Assembly (NCBI GenBank): GCA_039621445.1
Contig: CP154954.1
Coordinates: forward strand, 42,902,632-42,966,631
DNA: 64,000 nt
Direction: 5' to 3'
Origin: Euglena gracilis
Lineage: Eukaryota
Shown here: positions 38,701 to 50,510 of the stretch, in pieces
How positions within the stretch are numbered: position 1 is the first letter of the stretch
Layout: each line of letters opens with the position of its first letter
Position numbers and translations under genes: made by a program
The notes under the pieces: generated by a model
What the model saw: the letters and a program-made list of their open reading frames with translations, nothing else
Told to the model about the DNA's origin: nothing
Database searches by the model: none

Positions 38701-41700
38701 AAGTTTTGTCCGGTTGGGGCAATTATTTTTGCCAGCTGTGGGCAAACATTTCAGACGCTAGGTGTAAGAGCTGTTTCTTTGTTTGAAAAATAATTAAAAG
38801 CTATTATTTCATTTCAAAAGCTGTTTCTTTGGTCGTTTGCAATTTGTGTGGTGGCAGTTTTTTTTCCCCTGATACTCCCAATTTTTCACGGTTTTTTCCC
38901 CTTCCTTTCAGTTTTTCAACTCTGCAATACACTTGGGCTGGAAAATGCAATGAGTTCTGGCCATTTGCAGAATGAGTTGATTTCTTGATGAACCTGTATT
39001 AAAGACTGAAGACATTGTTCAAAAGGAACCATTCTTTCTCATGAGCTTTTGCACATACTTGATACCATTTTTTTTTTCTTCAGCAATGCTGTTATTTTTA
39101 TTCCAGGTTTTTTTGCAGTTCTTGTATCCTCTGACACTAATCCCCCTGTCTTTTTTTGTTCCTTTTGTACCTTTCAACATGCAAAACACACCCCATTCTG
39201 ACACGTACCATTACGGTGGGGATTGGGGCTGTGGTGGTGGTTCCTTCGCCCACGACGTCCACATCAACCCCGGCGCCTACTCTGAGACTGAATATCCCTA
39301 CGTGAGCCACATGGGGTGGACTGGGCAGGCAAAAAAAATATGGAAACATTCATCCCTGCCTTTAATTGGGGAGCCCAGCCCTGACCTTTCCATCATCAGG
39401 TTTTCTCAACGGTTTGTTGGGTTATTATTTTGAGAATTTCCATATCTTCTCATCGGTTTGTTCGGCTATTATTTTGAGAATTTCAACATTTCACCCCAAA
39501 ATGTCCCAAAAATGGCTCAGTCAAAACAGGCCAAAATGCAACAAGGCCAGGCCAATACAGGGTGATGGAGGGCCCCTGGGCCCTTATTTTAGGTCCCCTG
39601 ATTTCCTTTGGTTGGCCACCATTTTGGAAATACTTCAAAATTTCGATTTTCTGACCCCCGAAATGGCCCAAAAACAAATGAGTCGAAACCGGTCAAATGT
39701 ACAATACAGGCTTCGTTTCAAGGAAGTGGACACCCCCGGGGGGGTGCTATGGGCAGGTGGGGGGGGGGGGCAGGACACCTTCGACCCCCCTAGTTGTTTT
39801 GACCCTAGGCTTTTGGGGTATGTAGTGCTGCAGCACACCCCCCGGCACCCAAGATGCCAGGGGCCTGAAAATGGCCATTTCCAATGGAATATCGGCTTGG
39901 TTGGCAGGCACCGTGGTCCAAAACCGACCCCCCCCCCAGGGGGTGTGCCTGCTATGGGGCACCCATAGCAGGCACCCTTCCTGCCGGGGTTGGTAAAATG
40001 AAGCCTGGTACAGTGTTTGTCAGAAGCTGCTTCATTTTTGCCCGAAGAGTCTCTTTTGCTGTTCTGTCCCGCTGTCCCCATGGCAGGCCAAGACTCAAGT
40101 GCATACCCCTAGCCCTGGATGAAAGCCTCCTGGGGCGCACAAGGGCATTCCCATTTTGGGGTTTTCCCTTCCCCTTGTCCACACGCTCCCTTTGCACCTT
40201 GCCCAACAACCCACCTCATGGTCTCCCAACCGACCCCGCCGGCGAGACACCGAGTGCGACACGGGCCGCGCCACCGTCGTGGCGAAGCTCACCCGGTGGC
40301 AGTTTGTACCCCTGCCGGACCGGCCGGAGGAACAGGTGACGGCCATCAAGACCGCGCTGTGGACGGGGGGCCCCGTGGCGGTCGGCGTGGCGGCCGGCCC
40401 CCAGTTCCAGGCGTACACTGGGCCAGGGAACCCCAGCAGGTCCCCCCCCACGGGTTGGGGGGCGGTCGGACACCTTAACCCCTGCCGCTCCTCCTCCATG
40501 CCCTGCCTAGGGTTGCAGGGGTTAGCTTGGCTGCTGGCTCTTTCCCCCAAATGACTTTGCCCCTGGACGGATCTTTTTAGCCCCTACCCCCTGCAAAGTT
40601 ATGTGAGCCAAAACCAACGTGGCCCATTGGCCACTTTTCCTAAAAGAAGTTTGCTGTCACATGACGTTTTTTAATAAATAATTCCGACATAATTCTCTGC
40701 TTCTCATGACACCCCCCCCCCCGGTCGGAGGACACCTTTTCGGAGGTTTGACCAAATTTTTGGTCCCGGCGCGAAGCGCCGGGACGAAAAATTTTGCCCA
40801 AAAATTGGCCAAAAATTTGGCCAAAATGCCATTTTTGACACTTTTTGGACAAAAATTTGTCAAAATTGCCCAAAATTTTTGGCGCGAAGCGCCGGAAGGG
40901 AAAATTGGGGCATTTTTGGGTGGTTAGGGACCCGGGTGCCCACCAACTTTTTTTTGACCCCATGTCCAACGACCACCCCCCCGGTCAGAGGACACCTTTT
41001 TGGTCACTACCCTATGTCCAACGACCACCCCCCCGGTCGGAGGACAGAGGTTACTGGTCGTTGGACATAGGGGGGGGGTAATTCCGACATAATTCTCTGC
41101 TTCTCTTCGTTGGACAACAGAACACAACGATGTTTCAGACCATTTTTGCTCTTACCACCATCTGATTTTCAAAAATGATCATATTTCGTCACGTTTTTTT
41201 TTCTCCACCAAAGTTATTTGGCGGTTATCTGTGGAGGATTGATGCAAATCCTTGAGGTTCCGTGTTGGTATTACACAGATGCTGGAATTGAAATGCCTTT
41301 TGTCAATAGTGTACTTTGTGGACCGGAACTTATGATGAAAAGAGTATCCTGTCGGTGGGCATGCTCTCTCTCCATTGCTCAGCCCACCGCCAAATTGCGT
41401 GTTCCAGTGCCCAAGGTTTTTTTCCTTTTCCCCCCCAAAGTTTTCCAAATGTGAATCACAATCATATAGTCAAGCAAACACCCTCCCCTTGAAAATATGC
41501 TTCTGCAACGTCCCTGCATCCGAGGCATCTTCAATTACATGGACCCAGGAGAGGTTGCTCGGCGTCGTGTTACACAACAATAAAAAATATTTTCACAGTT
41601 CCATTGGAGGAAAGTGGTAGGGAAATTGGTCGATTTTTCTCACCACGGGTCCTGAAAAAAATCAAACTTGCAAAAATGCGGAAACGGCTGAAGAAAGCAG

Positions 41701-43070
41701 AGATTGGGAAACGCCCCGCATACACAAGCAAAAACGATTTTTTAACTCATATTTGCCAATGATCCAGAAGTTTGACAACCCTGGAGGGTATGTTTTGTAT
41801 AGCTGAGAGTCCATAATATCAACTCCCACCAGAAATCAACCTGTTGTCAGTAACGTTGCCAGACGACGCTGCCGACAACCACGCAGTGCTCCTGGTGGGA
41901 TGGGGATCTGAGGGCGGCGTGGGCTATTGGCTGCTGCGCAATTCCTGCACAGGGAGGATTCAGGCCGGTGCCGATGGGAATTTTCCAGGATGTTCAGGAA
42001 CAGATGGGAAGCCGTTTGGCTTTGAGGTTGGTGGTTGAGGAGGCCCGGACCACCCCCTCCCCCCTCCTGGGGAGGTGAGGTGGTAGGGGTCCGGACCCCA
42101 GATGTTGATGGGGTTGTCCACCCCCTCCATCCCTCCTCCTTGACAGGTTCCAAAAAGAGCAAATCTTTCCTCTGGCGCTGCGCACCGGAAAATGAACAAA
42201 TAATCAAATAACAACAAGTTATAAAAAAAATAACAGATGACGCCCTTTCACTTCACTTTTGAGCAATTCTGCATTTTTTTTTTATATGTTGGTGTTTTCC
42301 GCATAAAATGTCTTCAGATTTTTTTTAATTGAGCTTATTTGGATTTATTATTCAAGGAATTAAGGAGTTTGGCCTGGTATTTGGGCTGGTATGGACGCCC
42401 TTTGCCGTCCATGAAACCGAAAAATTTCCTGGCCCCCTGCAGTTTCAAGGTAGGAGGGGGGTCCGACCCCCCCTCTCGGTGTTGGGCGGGGGGTTCTGGA
42501 CCTGGATTTAATTTGGCAACCATTCCTGTTTTTGATTTGTTAGCACTGTTCTAAGTTTTAAAAATGGATGCAACCCGGGACACAGGGGGGGGGGACGCGG
42601 GGGGGGATACGGGGAGAAAACCCCCAGGAGCATGGCGGGGTAATGCCTCAGGTCAGAGGGCAAAAATAACAAGGGCACTGAGGTACGGAACGATGAAATG
42701 GGCAAGTAACAGTAACAAGATATGACAAAGGAAGCCAAAATTTGTGATCAACCCAAAAACCTCCGAATATTCCCCCCCCTCAAATTTCAGGTGCTGTCAT
42801 CTACGTTGCTTCTCACAGGAATTTGCTTTTTTCAAAAAAAAGAAAACCCCTTCTCTGGCACCACAGCCCATCAATTTCTCAAAACGGCAGCCTGGCAGCT
42901 GTCCCGGCATTGGGGTCGTCCCTCACCCAAGGTTTCCGCCACCCTCTCCCCCTGCATCTCCCTCCACCTGCCCCTTCCTGGCGTTGGGGCAAGGGGTGGG
43001 GGGAAGCGGGCTACATGCGGATCAAGTACGGCTGCAGCCAGGTCGGCGCATTTGCCAACTACGTGGTGGA
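32790..43070 (+). CDS. Papain-family (peptidase C1A) cysteine protease, multi-exon, catalytic triad intact
   Basis: Exons ~32790-32874 ([23 protein letters not shown], prodomain), 36396-36488 (LPDQFDWR), 38118-~38273 ([23 protein letters not shown]), ~39215-39305 (GCGGG, EYPY), ~40243-40420 (GPVAVGV, FQAYTG), 41522-41542 (GIFNYM), ~41850-41946 ([17 protein letters not shown]), 42986-~43070 ([13 protein letters not shown]). Possible start ATG at 30106 (MALRLVLW) and possible C-terminal exons to ~53740 are tentative. Confidence 0.92.
33147..34211. mobile_element. CAG(G)nAAATGCG MITE with TGCGCATTTTT repeats, 6-bp TSD, nested inserts
   Basis: TSD GTTGGT at 33141-33146 and 34212-34217. Confidence 0.7.
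35477..35775. mobile_element. hAT-type MITE, 8-bp TSD
   Basis: TIR CAGGCTTGTGCTTA / TAAGCACAAGCATG; TSD GATGCAAC at 35469-35476 and 35776-35783. Confidence 0.88.
36301..36372. mobile_element. 72-bp hairpin MITE of the CCATG...CATGG (TA-target) family
   Basis: CCATGCCCCCCCATATAAGAC / GTCTTATATGGGAGGGGCATGG followed by TA. Confidence 0.7.
39707..40007. mobile_element. hAT-type MITE, degenerate 8-bp TSD
   Basis: CAGGCTTCGTTT / AAATGAAGCCTG; flanks GTACAATA / GTACAGTG. Confidence 0.7.
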
Positions 43071-43239
43071 TCCGCATGGTGTGCCCCCTCCACCCCACCT
43101 CACCCCGCTTGTTCCGCTTGTTAAATACGAAAGAAACTTGGGGATGTTCCATTGTTCCAATGTCCCATTGCTCGATGCGAGTGGATGGACTTCAGCACAT
43201 AGCACAGTAAATATATTCATATTTGTATTCATATTCATA

Positions 43240-43705
43240 TTGTTTTGTATTGTATTGTACTGTATTGTATTGCATTGCATTGCATTGATACCATATTATA
43301 CATTCACATATGTATTATGTTGTATTATGTTATATTCATATTACATTACATTATACTATATGTAACAAATTTATATTGTATTGCATTGCATTGCATTGCA
43401 TTATATTATATTTATATTACATTATATTATATCATAGTGTATTACATTATATTGTATTGTGTTATCTTATTTTGTCTTATCTTATCTTATCTTATCTTAT
43501 CAAATCTTATCTTATATTACATTATATCATATTGTATTGTATTATATTATGTTATGTTTATCATATCATATCATATCATATCATATCATATCATACCATA
43601 TCACATCATATCATATCATATTGTGTTGTATTGTATTGTATTGTATTGTATTGTACTGTATTGTATTGTATCGTATTGTATTGTATTGTATTGTTTTGCA
43701 TTGTA
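43240..43705. repeat. AT-rich pentamer satellite (TATTG/ATCTT/ATATC)n
   Basis: Consecutive blocks of related 5-mers. Confidence 0.92.
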
Positions 43706-45334
43706 TCGGTGTGGATGCATCCTTCAGGTCAATATTTCCCTCTGGCGCAGAAGGAATTTTGTGCTGTGGTGAGGTGTAGGGGGTCCGAAACCCCCCCCCC
43801 CCCAGGTGCTCTCATCCTGCCCTGCCTGACCCCCCAGTTCCTCCTCCCCTGCAGTTGTCCGAGGGTCCACGCCACGCCGATGCCCCGGAGGCCACTGCCC
43901 CATTGGGCGGGGATGCCCTCTGTCTGAGCCCGCCCCTCCCCTCCTGGCCCCTCCCGCGTCGCCCTCCCCCGTCCTGCAACCTGCTCTGCTGGGTTGGGGT
44001 GGGGGCTGGGCCGCTGACCAGTTGCCCCCCCCCCACCCCGGCCAGTGTTGCCGGCTGGCCACCCCGCCCAGGGCCCCCCCGGCACCGTGGACAGCGTGGA
44101 GAGCAGTTCCAGCAGTTCCAGCAGCTCCAGCAGCGAGGACGGTCCACAGCAGCCTGTGAGGAGCGTACCAAGCGGTGTTGTTGTTGTACCAAGGGGTGTT
44201 GTTGCCCCCTCTTCCCTGTTTCCGGGGGGGGGTCTGACCGAGAACAATTGCCAACGGTAAAATTTCTGTGAGGGAACAAATTAGACGAATCCTTAAAATG
44301 CCGGGAGAAATTCTGAACGCTCGCTTAAAACGGCTGGGAAAGAATTCTGGATGAAAATATCTCGTAAACCCATTTTCTCAGGAAAAATACAAATGAATTT
44401 AGCCCAAATCCCGATGTTTTCCAAAATTCAAAAATTGGTAAAAATCCCAAGTTTCAAATTGTATAATAAAAGCAAAGAAATGACATTTTGAAGGATCAAT
44501 GCTCTGAACGAATGATTTGGAATAATGATGCATTCCAGCGAAGCTCCAGAGAAAATTTCTGGGCGGTAATTGGAGGCAATTGGAGTTGCTTAAATTTGCG
44601 GGGAAAAATCCTGGACAGATCCTTAAAATGGCAGGAAACATCCTGGACAAGATTTTGTCCAGAATTTTCCCCACCACAATTTTTCCCGTTCAAGTCCCCC
44701 TGGCACTTGCCAGTTCCCCGTCGCTTTTTCATGGCCCAACTTCGTGAGGTCAAGAGTCAGATAATTTCTTCAGTCAATCTGCAGTTAGTTTTTGTGTTCC
44801 TGGCCATGTGACGAGGCTTCTTTTGACTCAGAAGACCCCCCTCCCCAGGGGTGTAGGGGTGTGGGCCGCAGGTCCGGGTATGGGTTTCGGCGCGAAGTGC
44901 TGAAAAAAAAATATTCAAAAATACCTTTAGACGGTCCGGTTTTCCGTGCGGTCAGTGTCGACCGCTCCCCGGGGGGTCCCATGCTGGGTTGGGTGGGTGG
45001 GAGGGGACATCCGGGGATGCAACACCCCTTTTCCCCAGGAGAGGCCCAAACCCACCACTCTTCAAAACCAGCCCACCATTCTCCCCGAGGTTTGGTGGTG
45101 GGGTCTCGGACAGGTATTTTTTCATGTTTTTGTATTTTTTTAAGTTTGGGTCAGCACAGTCATTCAGGTTGTTTTGTTGGTGGTTCTGGGCTGGTTGAAT
45201 TGGTCGGTGGACCTCCAGTGGCAAGGGGCAGTGTGGTGGGCAGATTTCAAACAAATGGGTCGTTTGGTGTGGGAAATCATGCCCATCCCCCATCCTCTGG
45301 GGTCACCGAGTGGTTCAATGTTTCCAGTGCACAG

Positions 45335-45600
<266 letters not shown>

Positions 45601-46033
45601 GCGACCCCAAAATGTTCTCCATCGGTTTCTTTGTCATCATTATCAATCATGACTGACTCCGTTTGGTCCCTCCCGGCCCAGCGACCACAGCTCTCCCCGT
45701 TTTTCCGGACCAGAGCTCAGGTCTGCCGGATGTGGAGGGGATGCGGTCGGCCACCGGTGCCTGCACCCCGCCACGCCATTCTCAGGCTTTCCCCAACGGC
45801 GACTCGGGGCTCAGACCGCTGCCGCCAGCCCCGAAGGCGATGACGCGGAAGACAGTTCCCCAGGCAGCGGCAGCCGCCAGGCAGCAATTCCAGCCCGAGT
45901 TTTTTTTTTCCATGGAGGTGGGGGCTTCTCACAGACACCGTTGCAAACGATGTTGAAAGCAGGACAAGGTTTAACCTCCAAATATAAGCAACCCCTCTCT
46001 CTTTGCAACCCCAAAATGCAAGCAAACCCTTTG

Positions 46034-46459
46034 CAGGGGGGGAATGCGTTTCGCATTTTTTCGCATTTTTCCGCATTTTTTGTGCAATTTTAAATTTTCC
46101 AGAAATGCACATTGTTGCACAATTTTTTTTTGCATTTTTGCGTGGTTTTTTTCCCAGCGCCTTTTTTACTGTTCAGCACATTTTTTCTTGATTCAACAAT
46201 TTTTTTTCGCATTTTTTTGACATTTTCTAAAAAATTTGAAACTTGCACTTTCCACGTATTTCCATTTAATTGTTGTAAATCTGATTCAGTTTGTGCATGT
46301 GTTTGGGCAATTTTTCATTTTCGTGATTTTTGCGATTTTTTTCCACTCAAAGTTTGCACATTTTTGACAGAAGGCGCGCATTTTTGTGCATGTTTTGCGC
46401 ATTTTTTTTACGCATTTTTGCGCATTTTTTCGAGGCAGGTTATCGCGTTTCCCCCCTTG
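46034..46459. mobile_element. CAG(G)nAATGCG MITE, 6-bp TSD
   Basis: TSD CCTTTG at 46028-46033 and 46460-46465. Confidence 0.75.
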
Positions 46460-49400
46460 CCTTTGGCCAATTTTCGGCCGACACCCAAACATGGCAACCC
46501 TCAAATATGATCAGCCCCTGACTGCTGGAATTTTCTTTAAAGCGACATGGAAACTGCAGGAATCAGCGATACTCCAAACATATTAACTCCTGAGGCCTAT
46601 TTTTGGAAACCCAAATATTAGGCAACTGGCTGCGTATAGTGTATGGTGTTTTTTTGACATTTTTCCGGTGAATTTTTTAATTGAATGTGATGGGATGGCT
46701 GCCTGCTGTGGCATCATGCTTTTGACAAGCCTGTTGTTTACTCAAATTAATGCTTTTACAGATGCATTTTTTCCGGATGTTTTCTTTTCTCCTGTGACAG
46801 CACTTCAGCACAGGGGATGAACCACTGCGCTTTGAAGGAGCAAAGCACCCTGCACAGGTTGCATTAGGGAATAAAACATGTGATTGATGTACAGCTAGCG
46901 GACACCCGAGTTGGGAGTTTCGGACAAAATGAAGATCCCTTTTGGACAAATTTTGTTGTCTGTCGCGGACACCTCCCCAAGAACCCCCGTGGACACCATT
47001 ATTGGTCCCCAATGGACAAGAGGTTTAGGCCCCCATGGACATTTTCGTTGAGCCCGCATGGACACTCTGTGCGGGAATCGTGATTTTTCCCCCCCCTTCT
47101 TTCAGTTTTTGTGTGAAGCCGGAGTTTACTACAGAAAAGGTGGCACGGACAGAACCGGCGTTCCCCCCCCTTTGGTTCTGTCTTGAACCCGGCGGCCCCA
47201 ACGCCGGTAAAAAAAACACATTGAGGTTTTTTTGGTTTTACACACCATTTACCCCCCCCCCCCCCCCTGTTTGGCCGCCCTCCGGGCGGGCTGGACCCCC
47301 CCTTTTTTGGCCAATTGGGGGGACAATTAGGTTTCCAGTTGTGAAGCCCCAACTGGAAAGACATTTTTTGTTTTAAGGCATTTTCGTTTGAAATGAGTAC
47401 CCCCGCCGCCCCCTGATTGGCCAATTGGGCTCAGGCCAATTGGAGGGTCGCGTTATTTAAGAATGGTCAAATCAATTTAACCTTGATACAAATGAACCAG
47501 AAAGCGTTTTTTTTTCAGTGAGTGGAGAAAAACAACCAGGGAGGACATCTTGATTTTGAAGAATTTGAAACCCACACTGAGAAGGTGCCCGTTGTGGACA
47601 TGCTGGGTCCATACTATTGTGATATGCGTGAGTGGATGGAGAAGGCTGGGAGGAGCAGGCCAGACCTTTACAAAATGCTTTTTTTTTTTCACACTGCAGC
47701 AGTTTTAGGATTCGCACAACAGAAAGGTCTAAAACAACCCCTTTGAGTGAACGATATTGGACATTCGCCAACCTGATCGGTTTGTCTGTAATTCCTAAAA
47801 GCACATCATATCATTCAGCCTGTGTCCCAGCTCACCTGGTGATGGACCAAACAGCTTTTTGAGAAACATTTGTGAAAAGATGGTGACATTTGTAAAAGTG
47901 GAGAGAGTGTTTTGGATGTTGGTTGGCAAAGAGACCACCTGTTCTGTTAAATGACCAATAAAAAGCTGTACATTGTATCATGATCTAAATTAAGGTGAGT
48001 TTAGTGCTTTTGAAAAGGTGTGTACAAACATGGACACAAACCACAGTTGCTATGTTTAGGGAATGTTTATTGCTACCAAGAAAGGTTGCTTCAGAAAAAT
48101 TTAATTTATGGACAGAAAGTTTGGTCATCAATGTGAACGTGCGGCATTGTAATGAGAAACCGTGTGGAACAGCTTCGGAGAATTTACTGGATGATCCCTC
48201 TGCTTCCCACATTTGTGACACGTTGGGAGTTGCAGCTTGGCCCCACCTTTTGGGTGGAAGATGATCAAATACACAGACTCTCAAAGACATTCCACCTAAT
48301 TTCATTTGAATTGCAGCGTTTGCCGTGGAATTTTCAGTTCCAGGTTTCAGACGGGTTTCCCTGCAAAAAGTGTCCATCGGGGCCTGAACTTCATGGGCCA
48401 GGGGGTTTTCTATTTGTGTCCCCGGGGGCCCTACAGAAAAGTCCCCCAGTCTCCCATTTCCTGCCCAGCGGGGGCCAACGAAAATGTCCAGCGGGGTCCA
48501 ACAATTGTGTCTGCCGGCTGTAAAACAAACACCCCCAAATGGTGAAAACAGGTCGAGAGTGTATTTCTGGATCCCTTGGACCATCGCCTATCCGCCCAAA
48601 ACATAAATGGATAAAATGCTTTTTCGGATTTGAGTTTTCGACCCCATTCAACGCTGGGACCATACACTGCTTTCTGTCGGACCCCACTCCCCCCCCCAAG
48701 CAGGGCTGTACTCCGCAACCCCATGGGTGGTTGGTGGGGGGGGGTCGACCCCGCCTACCAGGCCACTAGTATTTCCAGGGGCGCAAATTTCTAGGTCAAA
48801 AATTTTTTTTCTTTCGGCGCCAAAGGAAATTTCCTTGCACGGATGCTGTGATGCCGCCATTGGCTGCTGTGCGTGTGGCATCCACATCCGCACCTAAAAT
48901 AAAACAATGCACACCGGCCCTGAGGGGCCCTGGAAATCTGCCTGAGCTGCTGAGTCGACCACCGACGGTTCTGCCGATCCCTTTCAGGGATGTGTTCCAA
49001 CCAAGTGAAGTGAAGCAGTGTGAAACTCCCCAGGAACTGTCAGTCTTTTGCCTGCATGTTTTCTTGTGTTAGCATCAGCATTGTATTCATCGCCGTCCAA
49101 AAAGTTTCGCAGTTTTTGTTTTCCCCGTTTCTTTCCTCAAATGAATCGCAAAGAAACTCACGTCGCAGAACCCGTCCTCGTGGGTTTCCCATTGGGTGGT
49201 GCTGTCCCACGCCTCCTCACAACGCCTGGCCCGCAGCCGCTGACTTCTTCGGAGGTCCCCCCCCCCGAGGGGACACACCCGAGGTCGATAAATATTCTCA
49301 CCCGTCTCTGCCTTTGACGGATCGAGTAGCAGTGGCTCGGACAGCACTGATGCCCCCACTGCGGCCCCTGCCACAGAGCGTCGCTCGGGCGGAATGGGAC

Positions 49401-49686
49401 CCCACTCTGGAGGGGATCCGCCCTGCATTCAATCTCGGCCTTCTGTCAAGTTTTAATTAGCAGCTTTCACCTGAGTGATGACATGGGGTGGAGCCCCCAC
49501 AGTGCCCCCCACGGTGCCCCCCCCTACACCCCCTCCCAGTGATTTGACACAGAGGAGGTTCATTTTTTTTAAATGCAAATTGATGTCCTCCCTCAACAAG
49601 TAATCCAGACAAAACTGCAGCACTGCATGCCCGCCCATGCTGGAAGGTTAGGGTTGGTGACCAATTGAAGAGGTTGGGTTAGGGTT

Positions 49687-50189
49687 GGATACCCGCCCCC
49701 CCCCCCGGGCAATTGACGCCCCCGGGCAATTGACGCCCCCGGGCAATTGACGCCCCCGGGCAATTGTCACCCCTGGCTGTGCCGGCCAATTTGTCACCCC
49801 GGGAAATTGTCACCCCCCTCTGTGCTGCCCGATTTGTCACCCCCCCCACAGAAGATGTTTGTGAACTTTCTTTTCGCCGACACGACTCGATTGATCCTCT
49901 ATTTCGCTACAACGTGCTGAGAAATGTCACATACCAAATGCTCTGCACAATATCACAACCATAGCTGCATTTTTGCGTGTTCACTGGTGTTTCAGATGGT
50001 GTTCTTGGTCATTTGGATTTAATGTGGCCTACATGGGTGGGCAATTGACGCCCCCGGGCAATTGACGCCCCCGGGCAATTGTCACCCCCCTCTGTGCTGG
50101 CCAAATTGTCACCCCGGGAAATTGTCACCCCCCTCCGTGCTGCCCGATTTGTCACGCGACAATTGCCCGGGGGGGGGCGGGTAGGTCCA
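49687..50189. mobile_element. Fold-back element with 18-bp tandem repeats (CGGGCAATTGACGCCCCC-like)
   Basis: Inverted ends TACCCGCCCCC..CGGGCAATTG / CAATTGCCCG..GGGGCGGGTA; internal tandem copies; TSD unclear. Confidence 0.65.
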
Positions 50190-50510
50190 GGTTGACGCTG
50201 AAACCAGGCCCAAATTAGGCCAAAATTTAGGACCATCTGTGGCCTATCTTCCCAACTTTATCCTCACCCTAACCCTGATCCTCTTCCGAAGCAGAACCGT
50301 GCTCTAGCCCTATTCCGACAAAAAGCAAACACCCAAAAAATGAGTGTGGAAAACATGGGGATACTTGGCTTTCAGGCTCTCTTGCTGAACGCAGGGGCCT
50401 GTCGCACTTTTTTTTTTGAAAATTGACATTTTTTTTAATTGAAAAAAGCACATATTTATCGAGTCGGAAAAATTCCCGGTGTCTTTCCACAAATTTGGGG
50501 GAATCAGTGG

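Noticed and set aside
43245-43927. Long Cys/Ile/Tyr-rich ORFs
   Set aside because: Translations of the pentamer satellite.
47520-48265. Complex AT-rich, coding-like stretch
   Set aside because: Broken by stops in all frames and no recognisable motif; possibly a decayed transposase.
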